The position numbers and the translations under genes are program-made. 64,000 nucleotides of DNA. Origin: Alphaproteobacteria bacterium (GTDB lineage: Bacteria; Pseudomonadota; Alphaproteobacteria; RF32; CAG-239). The notes beneath the pieces are model-generated. The model made no database searches and had not been told where the DNA came from. It was given only the letters and a program-made list of their open reading frames with translations. Of the stretch, positions 35,901 to 44,769 are shown one piece after another; within the stretch, counting starts at the first letter, position 1; each line of letters opens with the position of its first letter. The stretch covers positions 17,844-81,843 of the forward strand of contig JAFUTN010000034.1 of assembly GCA_017484225.1 (NCBI GenBank). The letters run 5' to 3'.

Positions 35901-35997
35901 CGATTTGTTTGTGCGCTTAGGTGCTGATGCCGCCAAAAAAGACCAATATAACAAAACGGCGAAAGACTATGCTGTGGAATATTTGCCGGATATTTAG
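32974..35997 (+). CDS. secreted MORN(YwqK-type)-repeat and ankyrin-repeat protein
   Basis: Signal peptide MLKSKFIFSAMLLMLYGTAKA. About 10 YwqK/MORN-like repeats (YENGxxxxxxxYxNGxxxG) occupy residues ~100-350. Multiple ankyrin repeats follow (GYSLLMLAVRDNNLELLKVLLDNYAD, DGSVLILRALAAGKEDVAKLFMQYGADINA, and others) through to the C-terminus. Confidence 0.85.
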   Translation: MLKSKFIFSAMLLMLYGTAKAQELDMVPAPKVQQSQKQEEVPQNSKVDGIAFIAPTNSVNMGKSASEVVITPKEKLEFKQNGEVEEALLKEDGTPFSGATVVTDEEGRDITYFYRNGRRSGVALSHFEDGKVELEITYSKGYKSGEEILFYENGYPKYKKTYRKNVLNGEEILFYENGKPERRNMYVNGLLDGEISYFDRNGNLVKIENYKSGKKDGIERIIENNQLLEENNYVAGELNGITKKYNRERMLEEIEYKNGKRNGITKRYLDDGGWDEIPYKDNMIEGVAKNYYPTKRLASMTQYAVNMKNGPSEKYYQSGSLQQADNYKNNVQEGISRMFDESGNLLSVSYYAGGIELAKEDLLNDAEIKKIYDAVKADKLNTVLNNKQLWYPVLWLGISTNSLKILDELDKRMKMYATNIEDISAYQSNLVRFSEQNRRLFFGLTPLSYAVNMASPVEILQRFASGQDSVEMKNPRGGYAIIEAVRLNNYDLVQYLLSHHADVKKVYDDGNTILLYAVKEKVRNDIIAALIKAGADVNATDSSGYSLLMLAVRDNNLELLKVLLDNYADFSGKTPDGKNILSFALENNASKEVLEQLLIKGADVNATDEDGSVLILRALAAGKEDVAKLFMQYGADINAENANHDTVLTYVLENKTGDDFVADIFTHSLDVKNNLPKYNKPLWKILAEQNKIDLLKIVLQNMGGGAVADANGEIPVVYAMDNSENQKLKEVIFAALNEAVLKSHPEFLWKAVKDKKFDLYKELLQKKSSVNVTDENGDSLLLYLIKNEYPFEYITELENYAELDYMAKDATGKTALQIAIEADNTALVENLLAHGVSPNSVNNEGKSFIETLDGNQEKITELLWNAGSKDMVTPDNINLLLRIAVTNLNVKWLEFLLNENPDVAYKDENGEYAQMYLADALEKHSELPQAEILNKLETCFTLLKEKGADINWQNNNGETLLIKLSKAKSQYYPLIADLFVRLGADAAKKDQYNKTAKDYAVEYLPDI

Positions 35998-36086
35998 TTT
36001 ACCTGTTTATTTTTTGCGTATAAGTCTTGCGAATAAGGATAAAACAAACTAAATAACAGTTATTGTTGAACTTTAGAGAAGAAAAA

Positions 36087-37223
36087 ATGGCTGATACAGA
36101 ATACTATGATTTGCTGGAAGTTGCGCAAGATGCAAGTCAGGACGAGATAAAAAAAGCGTTTCGTAAGCAAGCAATGAAATATCATCCGGACAGAAATCCG
36201 GGAGATAAAGAAGCCGAGCAAAAATTTAAGGCAATAAATGAGGCTTATGAGGTTTTGAAAGACGAACAAAAACGTGCCGCTTATGACCGTTACGGAAAAG
36301 GAGCTTTTAGCGGCGGAGCCGGAATGGGCGGAGGTGATCCGTTTGGCGGCGGTTTTGATTTCGGCGGCGGTTTTGCAGATGTTTTTAATGATATTTTTTC
36401 CGATTTTATGGGAGGCGGCGGAGCGCAGTCATATACCAAACGCGGCAGTGATTTGCGTTACAATCTGAATATCACGCTGGAAAAGGCCTTTAACGGAACG
36501 GAAGAAGAAATTGTTGTTCCGACTACCAAAACTTGCGAAACATGTCACGGACACGGCACAAAGGACGGTAAAGAGCCGCCTGTTTGTCCGAGCTGTCAGG
36601 GAAAGGGCAAAATCCGCACGGCACAAGGCGGTGGCTTTTTTGTGTTTGAAACAACTTGTCCGCATTGCAAGGGAACGGGGCATGCCGTGAAAGACGCTTG
36701 TCCGGATTGCCGCGGTGTCGGTCAGGTTAAAATTAATAAAAAACTGAAAATCAAAATCAAACCCGGTGTTGAATCAAATATGCGTATCAGAGTTGCCGGA
36801 GAAGGAATGGCCGGAGTTCACGGCGGAGAAAACGGTGACTTGTATGTCGGTATTTATGTTGAACCGCACAAACTTTATGAACGTAACGGCGACGATTTGT
36901 ATACTTCTGTTCCGGTTTCGGTCAGCAGTGCCGTTTTGGGCGGAAAGGTTGAAATTCCCGGAATTGACGGCAGAAAAATAGAAGTTGAAATTCCGGCCGG
37001 AACGCAAAATGATACGTTGCTGAAAATCAAAGGCGAAGGAATGAGGTTGTATGATTCCGAACGTCGCGGAGATTTGTTTGTAAATACCAAAGTCATTATT
37101 CCGACAAAACTGACGGCAAAACAACGTCAGTTAATGGAGGAATTCAGAGCAGATGCAAAAGACGAACAAAATCAACCGGAAATGAAGGGGTTTTTTGATA
37201 AAATAAAAGATTTATTTCAATAG
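36087..37223 (+). CDS. dnaJ: molecular chaperone DnaJ
   Basis: J domain (YYDLLEV...YHPDRNPGD), a G/F-rich region and four CxxCxGxG zinc-finger repeats. The ATG at 36087 fits; the track start is a TTG at 36063. Confidence 0.94.
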   Translation: MADTEYYDLLEVAQDASQDEIKKAFRKQAMKYHPDRNPGDKEAEQKFKAINEAYEVLKDEQKRAAYDRYGKGAFSGGAGMGGGDPFGGGFDFGGGFADVFNDIFSDFMGGGGAQSYTKRGSDLRYNLNITLEKAFNGTEEEIVVPTTKTCETCHGHGTKDGKEPPVCPSCQGKGKIRTAQGGGFFVFETTCPHCKGTGHAVKDACPDCRGVGQVKINKKLKIKIKPGVESNMRIRVAGEGMAGVHGGENGDLYVGIYVEPHKLYERNGDDLYTSVPVSVSSAVLGGKVEIPGIDGRKIEVEIPAGTQNDTLLKIKGEGMRLYDSERRGDLFVNTKVIIPTKLTAKQRQLMEEFRADAKDEQNQPEMKGFFDKIKDLFQ

Positions 37224-37302
37224 GAAAAACTTTAACAAAACTGTTGAAATAGCAAAAAAAAGTGTTAACATCACAGGCAGATTTTAAGTTAAGGAGATAA
37301 AA

Positions 37303-37779
37303 ATGTTTAGATCTGATTATAATTCCAACTTGGTGTATATGGTGATTACGGCCTTGTTTGCAGCTGCAGCCAGTTCATTAATTACATATAAAGCAACTTC
37401 AAGTGACAAACAATTTGCGGTTGTTGATTTGAACGTTGTATTAAATTCTTCAAGAGATTTGGCAGCGCTCAAAAATGAACGTGATACACAAATCGCCGAT
37501 TTGAAAAAAATGGCTGATTCGGCAAATGAAAAAATTAAGGCTGTCAGCAAAGAAGAAGACAAGAAAAAATTAACACAGGAATATTTGGAAGAAATTAATG
37601 CCAAAAAGGCCGATTATGATAAAATATACGCCTCGGCATTACAAGCATCAGACCAAAAACTTACGGCCATTATTAATTCCGTTGCCGAAAAAGAGGGGGT
37701 TTCCACTGTTGTAAACAAGGCTTATGTTATCTCCGGCGGTATTGATATAACGGAATCTGTCGTAGATATGGTAAAGTAA
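37303..37779 (+). CDS. OmpH/Skp-family periplasmic chaperone-like protein
   Basis: N-terminal hydrophobic anchor, then FAVVDLNVVLNSS and a long charged coiled-coil region. Size (158 aa) is typical of the OmpH family. Confidence 0.7.
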   Translation: MFRSDYNSNLVYMVITALFAAAASSLITYKATSSDKQFAVVDLNVVLNSSRDLAALKNERDTQIADLKKMADSANEKIKAVSKEEDKKKLTQEYLEEINAKKADYDKIYASALQASDQKLTAIINSVAEKEGVSTVVNKAYVISGGIDITESVVDMVK

Positions 37780-37798
37780 AATTTTTTTCGGCAGAATA

Positions 37799-37836
37799 AA
37801 AACTCCGTAGTTGTTATAAATGACGGAGTTTTTTTG
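37799..37836 (+). terminator. intrinsic terminator
   Basis: AACTCCGT...ACGGAGTT followed by T7. Confidence 0.85.
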
Positions 37837-37884
37837 TTTGCAAAATCGGTTGTTGTAGGGTAAAAAAAATAAGGAGGTGCTGCT

Positions 37885-38682
37885 ATGAAAAAGATTTACG
37901 GAATATTTATCGGGATTGCATCTGTGATGATTGTGTATGCAATCGGATTGTTTTTGCTGCAAGAAAAATTTATATATCATCCGGATGACTACTATACATC
38001 TCCTAAAGAGGCCGGATTGAATGAATTTGCAGAAAATCCGTTACAAATGTCGGACGGTCAAACGATAATGACTTGGTTGGCAAAAGGAGAGGCGGATAAA
38101 CCGGTTATTTTGTTTTTTCATGGAAATTGCGCCCAAATTGCGGAATTTGCACCGCACCTGATTTCGTTAATAAAACAAGGGTATCCGGTATTAATGGCGG
38201 AATATCGCGGCTTTGGCGGCACAAAAGGAAAACTCTCTCAAGCTTCCATGTATGCCGATGCACTGAGAGTCTACGATTGGCTGAAAGAAAACGGCCATGA
38301 TAAAGTGATTGTGTTCGGCTATTCTCTCGGAACGGCAGCGGCTTCCGTTGTGGCAGCCGAGCGCAAACCTGACGGTGTTATTTTGTTGTCACCGTTTTAT
38401 TCCATGCGCTCTCTGGTTGCCGAAAAACCGATACCGTTTGCTAAGTGGGTATTGAAAGACAGCTATGATTCTGCTTTAAAATTGAAAAATGCGGATGTTC
38501 CGCTTCTGATTATTCACGGCGCAATGGACCCTCTTATTCCATATCATCACTCATTGCAACTTATGGAAAATGCCGGCTCAAAAAATAAAACACTCAGGTT
38601 GCTGCCGTTTGATACGCATCAATCTGTTTTTTATGATGAGCACAGTATTCCGTTTATACTTGAATGGCTGAAGAATTTTTAA
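37885..38682 (+). CDS. alpha/beta hydrolase
   Basis: N-terminal TM segment, HG oxyanion motif (LFFHGN), nucleophile elbow GYSLGT, and a downstream D (HGAMDP) and H (DTHQS). Confidence 0.8.
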   Translation: MKKIYGIFIGIASVMIVYAIGLFLLQEKFIYHPDDYYTSPKEAGLNEFAENPLQMSDGQTIMTWLAKGEADKPVILFFHGNCAQIAEFAPHLISLIKQGYPVLMAEYRGFGGTKGKLSQASMYADALRVYDWLKENGHDKVIVFGYSLGTAAASVVAAERKPDGVILLSPFYSMRSLVAEKPIPFAKWVLKDSYDSALKLKNADVPLLIIHGAMDPLIPYHHSLQLMENAGSKNKTLRLLPFDTHQSVFYDEHSIPFILEWLKNF

Positions 38683-38705
38683 TACAAGCATTACGGAAAA
38701 GAGTT

Positions 38706-39569
38706 TTATTCAAAAATCCATTCAATCATATTTTCATTGTCGTCAGATGTTGCCGCATCCGCTTCCGGCAGGGTGTAACGTTTGCGTAAACATTCGTTAT
38801 ATATGTCGTCATAAGCATAACCGGCTCCACAGCCTGTTCCTTCTCTGATGCAGGTATTATCTTTCAGCACATAGCCCGTTCCGCAGCCTTCCGTATCGTT
38901 TATACATTTCATTTCTTTGCCTAAATAACCGCTTCCGCAGTCAGAAACACATTCAGCTGATTTTACAAAACCGTCACATTTTTTAACGGTTTTTCCGCAA
39001 AGAGAAGTTCCTTGAAAATTTGTGCCGACAAAAATATTATTTGCCGGCAGATTGTTGCCACTAGCACAATTTATCGGTGCTGTTCCTTGATATAAAATCA
39101 CGGCACCGGACGGAACGGAAGTGAAAGCTCCTGTGCCGATAATTTCAACATTCGGCATCTCAACGGACTGTAAGGCAGTGCAATAAAAAAAAGAATCATA
39201 AGGTATTTCCTTAACATCTTTCATTCCCGATACGGTTTTTACGTTTGAGGCATTTTGAAATGCATTTTTGCCTATTTTGGAAATATTGTCTTTAATTACA
39301 ATGTTTTGAATTTGTTTTATATAGTCTTCCCAAGGGCGATTGCCGGCAAGAGCCGAGCAAGTTGAAGCACCTTCGCAAACATAATCATCCATAGACACAT
39401 TTTCAGTTCCTTCAGCGGCGGAAACGGTTAGCGTTCCGGAGGAATCTATTTCCCATAAGCAGGTTCCGCTTGAATTACAAGTGCCGGATACATTTGCATA
39501 AGTGTTTACGGAATACATCATTGATAAAAAAGTAAAATTAAGCAATTTAAAATGTTTCATATCAAACAT
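38706..39569 (-). CDS. secreted BspA-type LRR / Cys-rich protein with conserved C-terminal tail (paralogue 4)
   Basis: Signal peptide MKHFKLLNFTFLSMMYSVNTYA, the SGTCNSSGTCLWEIDSSGTLTVSA module, LRR_5-like repeats (IGKNAFQNASNVKTVSGM), four CxxGY Cys-rich modules, and the tail RYTLPEADAATSDDNENMIEWIFE. Confidence 0.85.
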   Translation of the reverse strand: MFDMKHFKLLNFTFLSMMYSVNTYANVSGTCNSSGTCLWEIDSSGTLTVSAAEGTENVSMDDYVCEGASTCSALAGNRPWEDYIKQIQNIVIKDNISKIGKNAFQNASNVKTVSGMKDVKEIPYDSFFYCTALQSVEMPNVEIIGTGAFTSVPSGAVILYQGTAPINCASGNNLPANNIFVGTNFQGTSLCGKTVKKCDGFVKSAECVSDCGSGYLGKEMKCINDTEGCGTGYVLKDNTCIREGTGCGAGYAYDDIYNECLRKRYTLPEADAATSDDNENMIEWIFE

Positions 39570-39593
39570 CCTTTCATTAAGTTAAAAAGTTAA

Positions 39594-39825
39594 CAAAAAA
39601 GCCACCTGAAATGGTGGGCGGATGTTGAGAAACCGTACTAAACTAAACGGCTCGGCGTTTTCGCGCTCATAGCCTTATCAAGCCGACATCCGCTCAAATT
39701 TGAACGAATCATCGGAAAAATATTTAATGCCGTGTTGCGGCAAGTTTAGTAAAGGGTTCTCACGCCCTGAAGTGCGTTTTTTCGCACTCTGAAATCAGGT
39801 TATCAAAATATCGCCGTAATGTAAA
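39594..39825 (-). promoter_or_regulatory. promoter plus structured leader RNA, copy D, ending in an intrinsic terminator
   Basis: On the minus strand: TTTACA (39820-39825), 17 nt, TAACCT (39797-39802). Hairpin AGTGCG-AAAAAA-CGCACT is followed by TCAGGGCG. Helices are TGAGAA/TTCTCA, TACTAAAC/GTTTAGTA, GGATGT/ACATCC and CGGC/GCCG, the last with an ATAAGGCTAT loop. Terminator is CCACC-ATTTCA-GGTGG plus CTTTTTT. Confidence 0.75.
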
Positions 39826-39943
39826 GAAATAAAAAACTTAAAGGAAGTATTTTTGTATATAGGATGCGCTTTTTGCTTGAGATTTTGCATAAATATAGTA
39901 AAATTCACCGCATGTTATTTGTTTCGTGAGGAGAATTTCTGAA

Positions 39944-41644
39944 ATGTCTAAAATTTTGATTACATCTGCATTACCGTATATTAACGGTGTTCCGCACTTA
40001 GGACACATGGTTGGTTGCTTGCTTCCGTCTGACGTTTATGCACGCTATATGCGTATGATGGGTAACGAAGTTTTGTATATTTGCGGAAATGATGAACACG
40101 GAACCGCATCAGAAGTCGGAGCTTTGAAAGAAGGTATTTCCGTTAAAGAATACTGTGATAAATATCACGCTCGCCATGCTCAGACTTATAGGGATTTTAA
40201 TCTGTCGTTTGATTATTTCGGCCGCACTTCAAGTGAGCAGAATAAAGAAATTACGTATCATATTTTTTCGCAGTTGGATAAAAACGGTTACATTGCCGAA
40301 AAAACAATGAAGCAAATTTATTCGGTAGATGATAAAATGTTTTTGGCCGATCGCTATATCACCGGAACTTGTCCGTATTGCGGATACGAAAAAGCACGCG
40401 GCGATCAATGCGAAAATTGCACTAAGGTTTTGGAGCCGACAGATTTGATTAATGCAAAAAGCACAATTTCCGGCAGCACTAATTTAGAAGTTCGGGAAAC
40501 AAAGCATTTGTTTTTGAATTTGCCGAAAATAGAACCTCAGTTGGTGGAATGGCTGAAAACAAAAGAAGCATTTTGGCCTGATGTTGCTTTTTCCATTGCG
40601 AAAAAATGGGTGAAAGAGGGGCTGCAGCCGCGTTGTATTACCCGTGATTTGAAATGGGGATTTACGGTTAATAAAGAAGGTTATGAAGACAAGGTTTTTT
40701 ATGTTTGGTTTGATGCCCCGATAGGCTATATCGGTATCACGAAACAATGGTCTGATGAAAAACCGGATGAACGTAATTGGAAAGAATGGTGGCTTGATGC
40801 TAAGGATGTTCGTTATGTTGAATTTATGGGAAAAGACAATGTTCCATATCATTCCATAACCTTTCCGGCAACAATGCTCGGAACCGGAGAAAATTGGACT
40901 AAGGTTGACTACCTGAAGGGTTTCAGCTATCTGACTTTTGAAGGTGGAAAGTTCTCTAAGTCCGAACATCGCGGAGTGTTTGCCGAAGATGCAATCAAAG
41001 AATTTCCGGCCGATTATTGGCGCTATTGGTTAATGGCCAATGCTCCGGAAGGATCGGATTCTTCTTTCACGTTTGAAAGTTTTGTGAATACCGTGAATAA
41101 GGATTTGAACGGCGTTTTAGGAAATTTTGCGCAACGCGTGATGAAAATGACAGCTTCAAAAATAGGTTCATTCGTTCCGACCGGTGCTGAACTTGAAGCC
41201 GTGGACAGGGAAATGATTAAAACAATTCAATCAAGAGCAGACTCTTATTTCAAATTTATGGACGATTTGGAATTCAGAAAAGCGATAGCTGAATTGAGAG
41301 CTATTTGGGTTGAGGGAAACAATTATATTTCCGCAACCGAGCCGTGGGTTGTGATTAAGGAAAATCAGACAAGAGCCGAAACAATTTTGCGTTTATGTCT
41401 GAATTTAGTTCGTATTATGGCTATTCTGACCGCTCCTTTGATGCCGCAAACGGCCGAAAAAATGCTGGCAAAGTTTGGATTAAGTGTAAAAGATATGCCT
41501 TCACTTAAGGGTTTTGATGTGGAAAAAGAAATTATGTTTCTGCCGGCAGGTCATACATTTGAAACCGGAGATGCATTGTTTGAGCGTATAACAGAAGAAA
41601 AAATGACAGAGTTGCAACAAAAATACGGAGGTGCAAATGGCTAA
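39944..41644 (+). CDS. metG: methionyl-tRNA synthetase
   Basis: HIGH-type motif PHLGH, KMSKS-type motif KFSKS, and a zinc knuckle CPYCG...CENC. RBS GAGGAG precedes ATG 39944. Confidence 0.95.
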   Translation: MSKILITSALPYINGVPHLGHMVGCLLPSDVYARYMRMMGNEVLYICGNDEHGTASEVGALKEGISVKEYCDKYHARHAQTYRDFNLSFDYFGRTSSEQNKEITYHIFSQLDKNGYIAEKTMKQIYSVDDKMFLADRYITGTCPYCGYEKARGDQCENCTKVLEPTDLINAKSTISGSTNLEVRETKHLFLNLPKIEPQLVEWLKTKEAFWPDVAFSIAKKWVKEGLQPRCITRDLKWGFTVNKEGYEDKVFYVWFDAPIGYIGITKQWSDEKPDERNWKEWWLDAKDVRYVEFMGKDNVPYHSITFPATMLGTGENWTKVDYLKGFSYLTFEGGKFSKSEHRGVFAEDAIKEFPADYWRYWLMANAPEGSDSSFTFESFVNTVNKDLNGVLGNFAQRVMKMTASKIGSFVPTGAELEAVDREMIKTIQSRADSYFKFMDDLEFRKAIAELRAIWVEGNNYISATEPWVVIKENQTRAETILRLCLNLVRIMAILTAPLMPQTAEKMLAKFGLSVKDMPSLKGFDVEKEIMFLPAGHTFETGDALFERITEEKMTELQQKYGGANG

Positions 41645-42632
41645 AACCGGAAGCGAATGGAATGAAATGAAGTTGCACGGATGGCAAAAGTTTGTGTATC
41701 AAATTTTGTTGATTTTGACATTTCCGTTTCGCCGTTGGTGGGTAACACTCGGCGTGTTGGCAACGGTGCTTTTGGTTTTGATTATTATTCCGAGTATGGA
41801 TGGTGTGGCTAAAGAAGACATTATTGATTGGTATAAAAACAAGCTTCATCTTTCGCAAGTCAATGAAATTAAAAACGAGAGTGTTAAGTTGATTAATGAC
41901 AAAGTTGGTGAACTGAGAAAAAATGTTAATGAAATTATGCCGGAAATTGCTGTGATGAAAAATAAACAAGCTAAGCCGACCACGGAAGAAAAACAAGATG
42001 TGAAATTTGTGGCTTGGAATGTTGCGGAGTTTAAAAAAGGTAAATATGAGCCTAAAACTTCTCGTAAATCTGATGAAAAAATTAATGGAAAATCGGCAGC
42101 GAAAGTCAGTGAGCAAAAATTACCAACATTTAAGAACAAAAAAAATTCGGCAGAACAGCCTTCTAATCAAAGCAGAGATGAAGAGAAAAAAGTTGCCGAT
42201 AAAATTATTGCAAAGCAAGAAGATGTTGTTAAAACCGTTGCCGATAATTCTTCTGAAGCCGGTATTCAAAAACGCGGTGCAATTAATTTGAGCGATTATT
42301 ACACCAAAGATGAAACTCTGAACCTGATTTATATTGAAGAACCTGAGAAATATGCGGGAGAGGCGAATGTGTCCGGTCCGAACAGCTTGTTTGTAGATAA
42401 TAAATTTGTTTTTCTATACGGGATATACAGCGATTATATTAAATATGATGTTAATCTTGTGCAGCAATATTTGCAGAATATGGTGCAAGACCAAACAACA
42501 GAGTGTTATGTTGTTGCCTACGGCGAACAAAATAATGCCGCAACCGCATTATGCTTTGTGAACGGTGTTAATATAAATCGTGAATTGGTATTGGAAAGCA
42601 TGGCTGACAATATTGCCTTGCGTATAGAATAA
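41637..42632 (+). CDS. hypothetical membrane protein with Lys/Glu-rich linker
   Basis: Two predicted TM helices (ILLILTFPF..., VTLGVLATVLLVLIII), a charged low-complexity middle and a globular C-terminal ~110 aa. The start overlaps the metG stop (GGAG 6 nt upstream of ATG 41637). Confidence 0.6.
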   Translation: MAKTGSEWNEMKLHGWQKFVYQILLILTFPFRRWWVTLGVLATVLLVLIIIPSMDGVAKEDIIDWYKNKLHLSQVNEIKNESVKLINDKVGELRKNVNEIMPEIAVMKNKQAKPTTEEKQDVKFVAWNVAEFKKGKYEPKTSRKSDEKINGKSAAKVSEQKLPTFKNKKNSAEQPSNQSRDEEKKVADKIIAKQEDVVKTVADNSSEAGIQKRGAINLSDYYTKDETLNLIYIEEPEKYAGEANVSGPNSLFVDNKFVFLYGIYSDYIKYDVNLVQQYLQNMVQDQTTECYVVAYGEQNNAATALCFVNGVNINRELVLESMADNIALRIE

Positions 42633-42647
42633 ATCGGCGGTGGAAAA

Positions 42648-44084
42648 ATGTGGCAACCGGTTTTAATGATAAGCGGTTATATTTTGGGTATATTGGGATT
42701 GATGATGCTCATTCCTGCCGGTATGGATTTTGTTGCAGATTCCGGTCTGTGGTCGCCGTTTGTTTCGGCAAGTATTACAACAATATTTGTCGGTTTTTCG
42801 TTGTTTTTGGCAAATCATCAAAAAATAGACCATATAAGCTACAAGCAGGGGTATTTGATAACAATTACCAGTTGGTTTTTGAGTATAGTTTTTTCCGGTT
42901 TGCCGTTCATTTTATATAATAGTGTTCCCTCGGTTACGGATGCTTTTTTTGAGGCCACCTCGGGAATTACGGGAACCGGTGCAACAATTATGACGGATGT
43001 GGAAAGTTTACCTCCATCCGTTTTATTATGGCGTTCTATGTTAAACGCTGTCGGCGGGTTGGGAATTGTGATTTTTGCCGTAGCTTTGTTGCCTTTTTTG
43101 GGAATTGGCGGTATGCAGATGTTTCAACGCGAAAATTCTGATTCAAATGATAAATTTATGCCCAAATTCAGCTATATAGCAAAGCGAATAATTGCCGTGT
43201 ATTTGATTTTGATTGCGCTTGCCACGGGTGCTTTGTTTGTGTGCGGAATGGGATGGTTTGATGCGGTTAATCATGCAATGTCGGCAATCGGAACCGGCGG
43301 ATTTTCCACTAAAAACGAATCTGTTAAATTTTATGACAGTGCGCTTATAGATTTTGTTATTATGCTGTTTATGCTGGCCGGTTCTTTGCCTATGACGTTT
43401 TATATATTGCTGTTTCGGAGAGGTAATCCCAATAAGTATAATCAAGTGTTTGTCTTTTTGAAATTTGTGCTTATCAGCGGGTGTATGTTGAGTGCATATT
43501 TGTTTTGGCAATCGGAATATTCTATTGCAGATGCTTTCCGCTACGGATTTTTCAGTATTATTGCCACCATAACGACAACCGGTTTGTCTGTTGTGGACTA
43601 TACTCAATGGGGGGTGTGGATAACGGCGGTGATTTTATTGTTTTCACTCTGCGGAGGATGCACAGGTTCTACTTGCGGTTCAATCAAAATTTTTCGTTGG
43701 CAGACAGTATATGCTTTTTTACACCGCTATTTGCTCTCGGCAACGGAACCTCACAGAGTTATTCCCTTAAAAATCGGCAATATTAATGCAAGTGAAAAAA
43801 TTACGACTTCGGTGTTTGTTTATTTGTTTGCATTTATGCTGAGTCTGATATCTTTGAGTGTGTTAATAAGTTTGTGCGGGGTTGATTTTGCAACATCCAT
43901 ATCTGCAGTAACGGCATGTATTACTAATGTCGGAGTAGGGGCAATAAACGTTATCGGACCAAGCGGGAATTATGCGTTTTTTTCTGATAATATAAAATTG
44001 ATTTTGTGCTTTGCCATGTTTTTGGGGCGTCTTGAAGTGATTACCGTTTTTGTGGTATTAAGCCGTTCATTCTGGCGGAATTAA
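42648..44084 (+). CDS. trkH: Trk-type potassium uptake protein TrkH
   Basis: 478-aa polytopic protein with repeated selectivity-filter-like GxTGTG / GTGGFS / TTTGLS motifs typical of TrkH. Confidence 0.9.
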   Translation: MWQPVLMISGYILGILGLMMLIPAGMDFVADSGLWSPFVSASITTIFVGFSLFLANHQKIDHISYKQGYLITITSWFLSIVFSGLPFILYNSVPSVTDAFFEATSGITGTGATIMTDVESLPPSVLLWRSMLNAVGGLGIVIFAVALLPFLGIGGMQMFQRENSDSNDKFMPKFSYIAKRIIAVYLILIALATGALFVCGMGWFDAVNHAMSAIGTGGFSTKNESVKFYDSALIDFVIMLFMLAGSLPMTFYILLFRRGNPNKYNQVFVFLKFVLISGCMLSAYLFWQSEYSIADAFRYGFFSIIATITTTGLSVVDYTQWGVWITAVILLFSLCGGCTGSTCGSIKIFRWQTVYAFLHRYLLSATEPHRVIPLKIGNINASEKITTSVFVYLFAFMLSLISLSVLISLCGVDFATSISAVTACITNVGVGAINVIGPSGNYAFFSDNIKLILCFAMFLGRLEVITVFVVLSRSFWRN

Positions 44085-44291
44085 TTTGTTTTTATAGTAT
44101 TGCAAAACATACAGACGAATCGCACTGGATAGGTTTTGGGTGCTGCGTTTGCCGTCTATCGCCGTAATCAGTTTATTCAAACTGATGTTTTGTTCATTTG
44201 CAATATTTTGCAGTTCAGCAAAAAATTCTTCTTCCAAAGAAATGCTTGTGGCGTGCTGACCGGCAATGAGAACAGATTTTTTCAGCATCAT
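44067..44291 (-). CDS. ribbon-helix-helix domain protein
   Basis: The pattern KSVLIAGQHATSISLEEEFFAELQNIA...SLNKLITAID...NLSSAIRLYVLQYY matches the small RHH proteins common in alphaproteobacteria. Confidence 0.65.
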   Translation of the reverse strand: MMLKKSVLIAGQHATSISLEEEFFAELQNIANEQNISLNKLITAIDGKRSTQNLSSAIRLYVLQYYKNKLIPPE

Positions 44292-44740
44292 TTTTTACGA
44301 AAACTGTCAATGGAAATTACTTCGGCATTGTGATTTGTCGGGGCTTCGGGAGCCGCTGTTTCAATTTGATCTTCGTCATCAATCGGAGTAAAACTTAAAC
44401 CGAACTTTGCATACGGATCCGCAAAATATGTTATGGCATCAAAAGGGATGGTGAGTGTTTGCGGAATGCCTCCAAAACTCAAGTCTACGGAAAAATTGTT
44501 ATGGCGAACCACCAAATTTTCAAATTGATTTTGCAAAACTATCGTCATTGTTTCCGGATATTGTGTCTTCAAATTTTTTGACACAACCGTTCCCGGAAAG
44601 TTTGTCTTAAATGTAATGTAAAAATGGTTTTCCCCCGGAAGACCTTGATCTTCAACGATTTTTAAGGCATAGTAAACAACATTACGGAGAGACTTTTCTA
44701 TCAGCTCGTCATAATTTATGCTATCAATAAATTTAACCAT
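44288..44740 (-). CDS. sspB: ClpXP adaptor SspB (alpha-type)
   Basis: The LPGENHFYITFKT...YPETMTIVLQNQFENL...LSFGG core is followed by an acidic linker and a C-terminal ClpX-binding-like ISIDSFRKK, as in alphaproteobacterial SspB. Confidence 0.8.
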   Translation of the reverse strand: MVKFIDSINYDELIEKSLRNVVYYALKIVEDQGLPGENHFYITFKTNFPGTVVSKNLKTQYPETMTIVLQNQFENLVVRHNNFSVDLSFGGIPQTLTIPFDAITYFADPYAKFGLSFTPIDDEDQIETAAPEAPTNHNAEVISIDSFRKK

Positions 44741-44769
44741 TTTGTGTCCTTTTAACCATAAAGTTTAAG

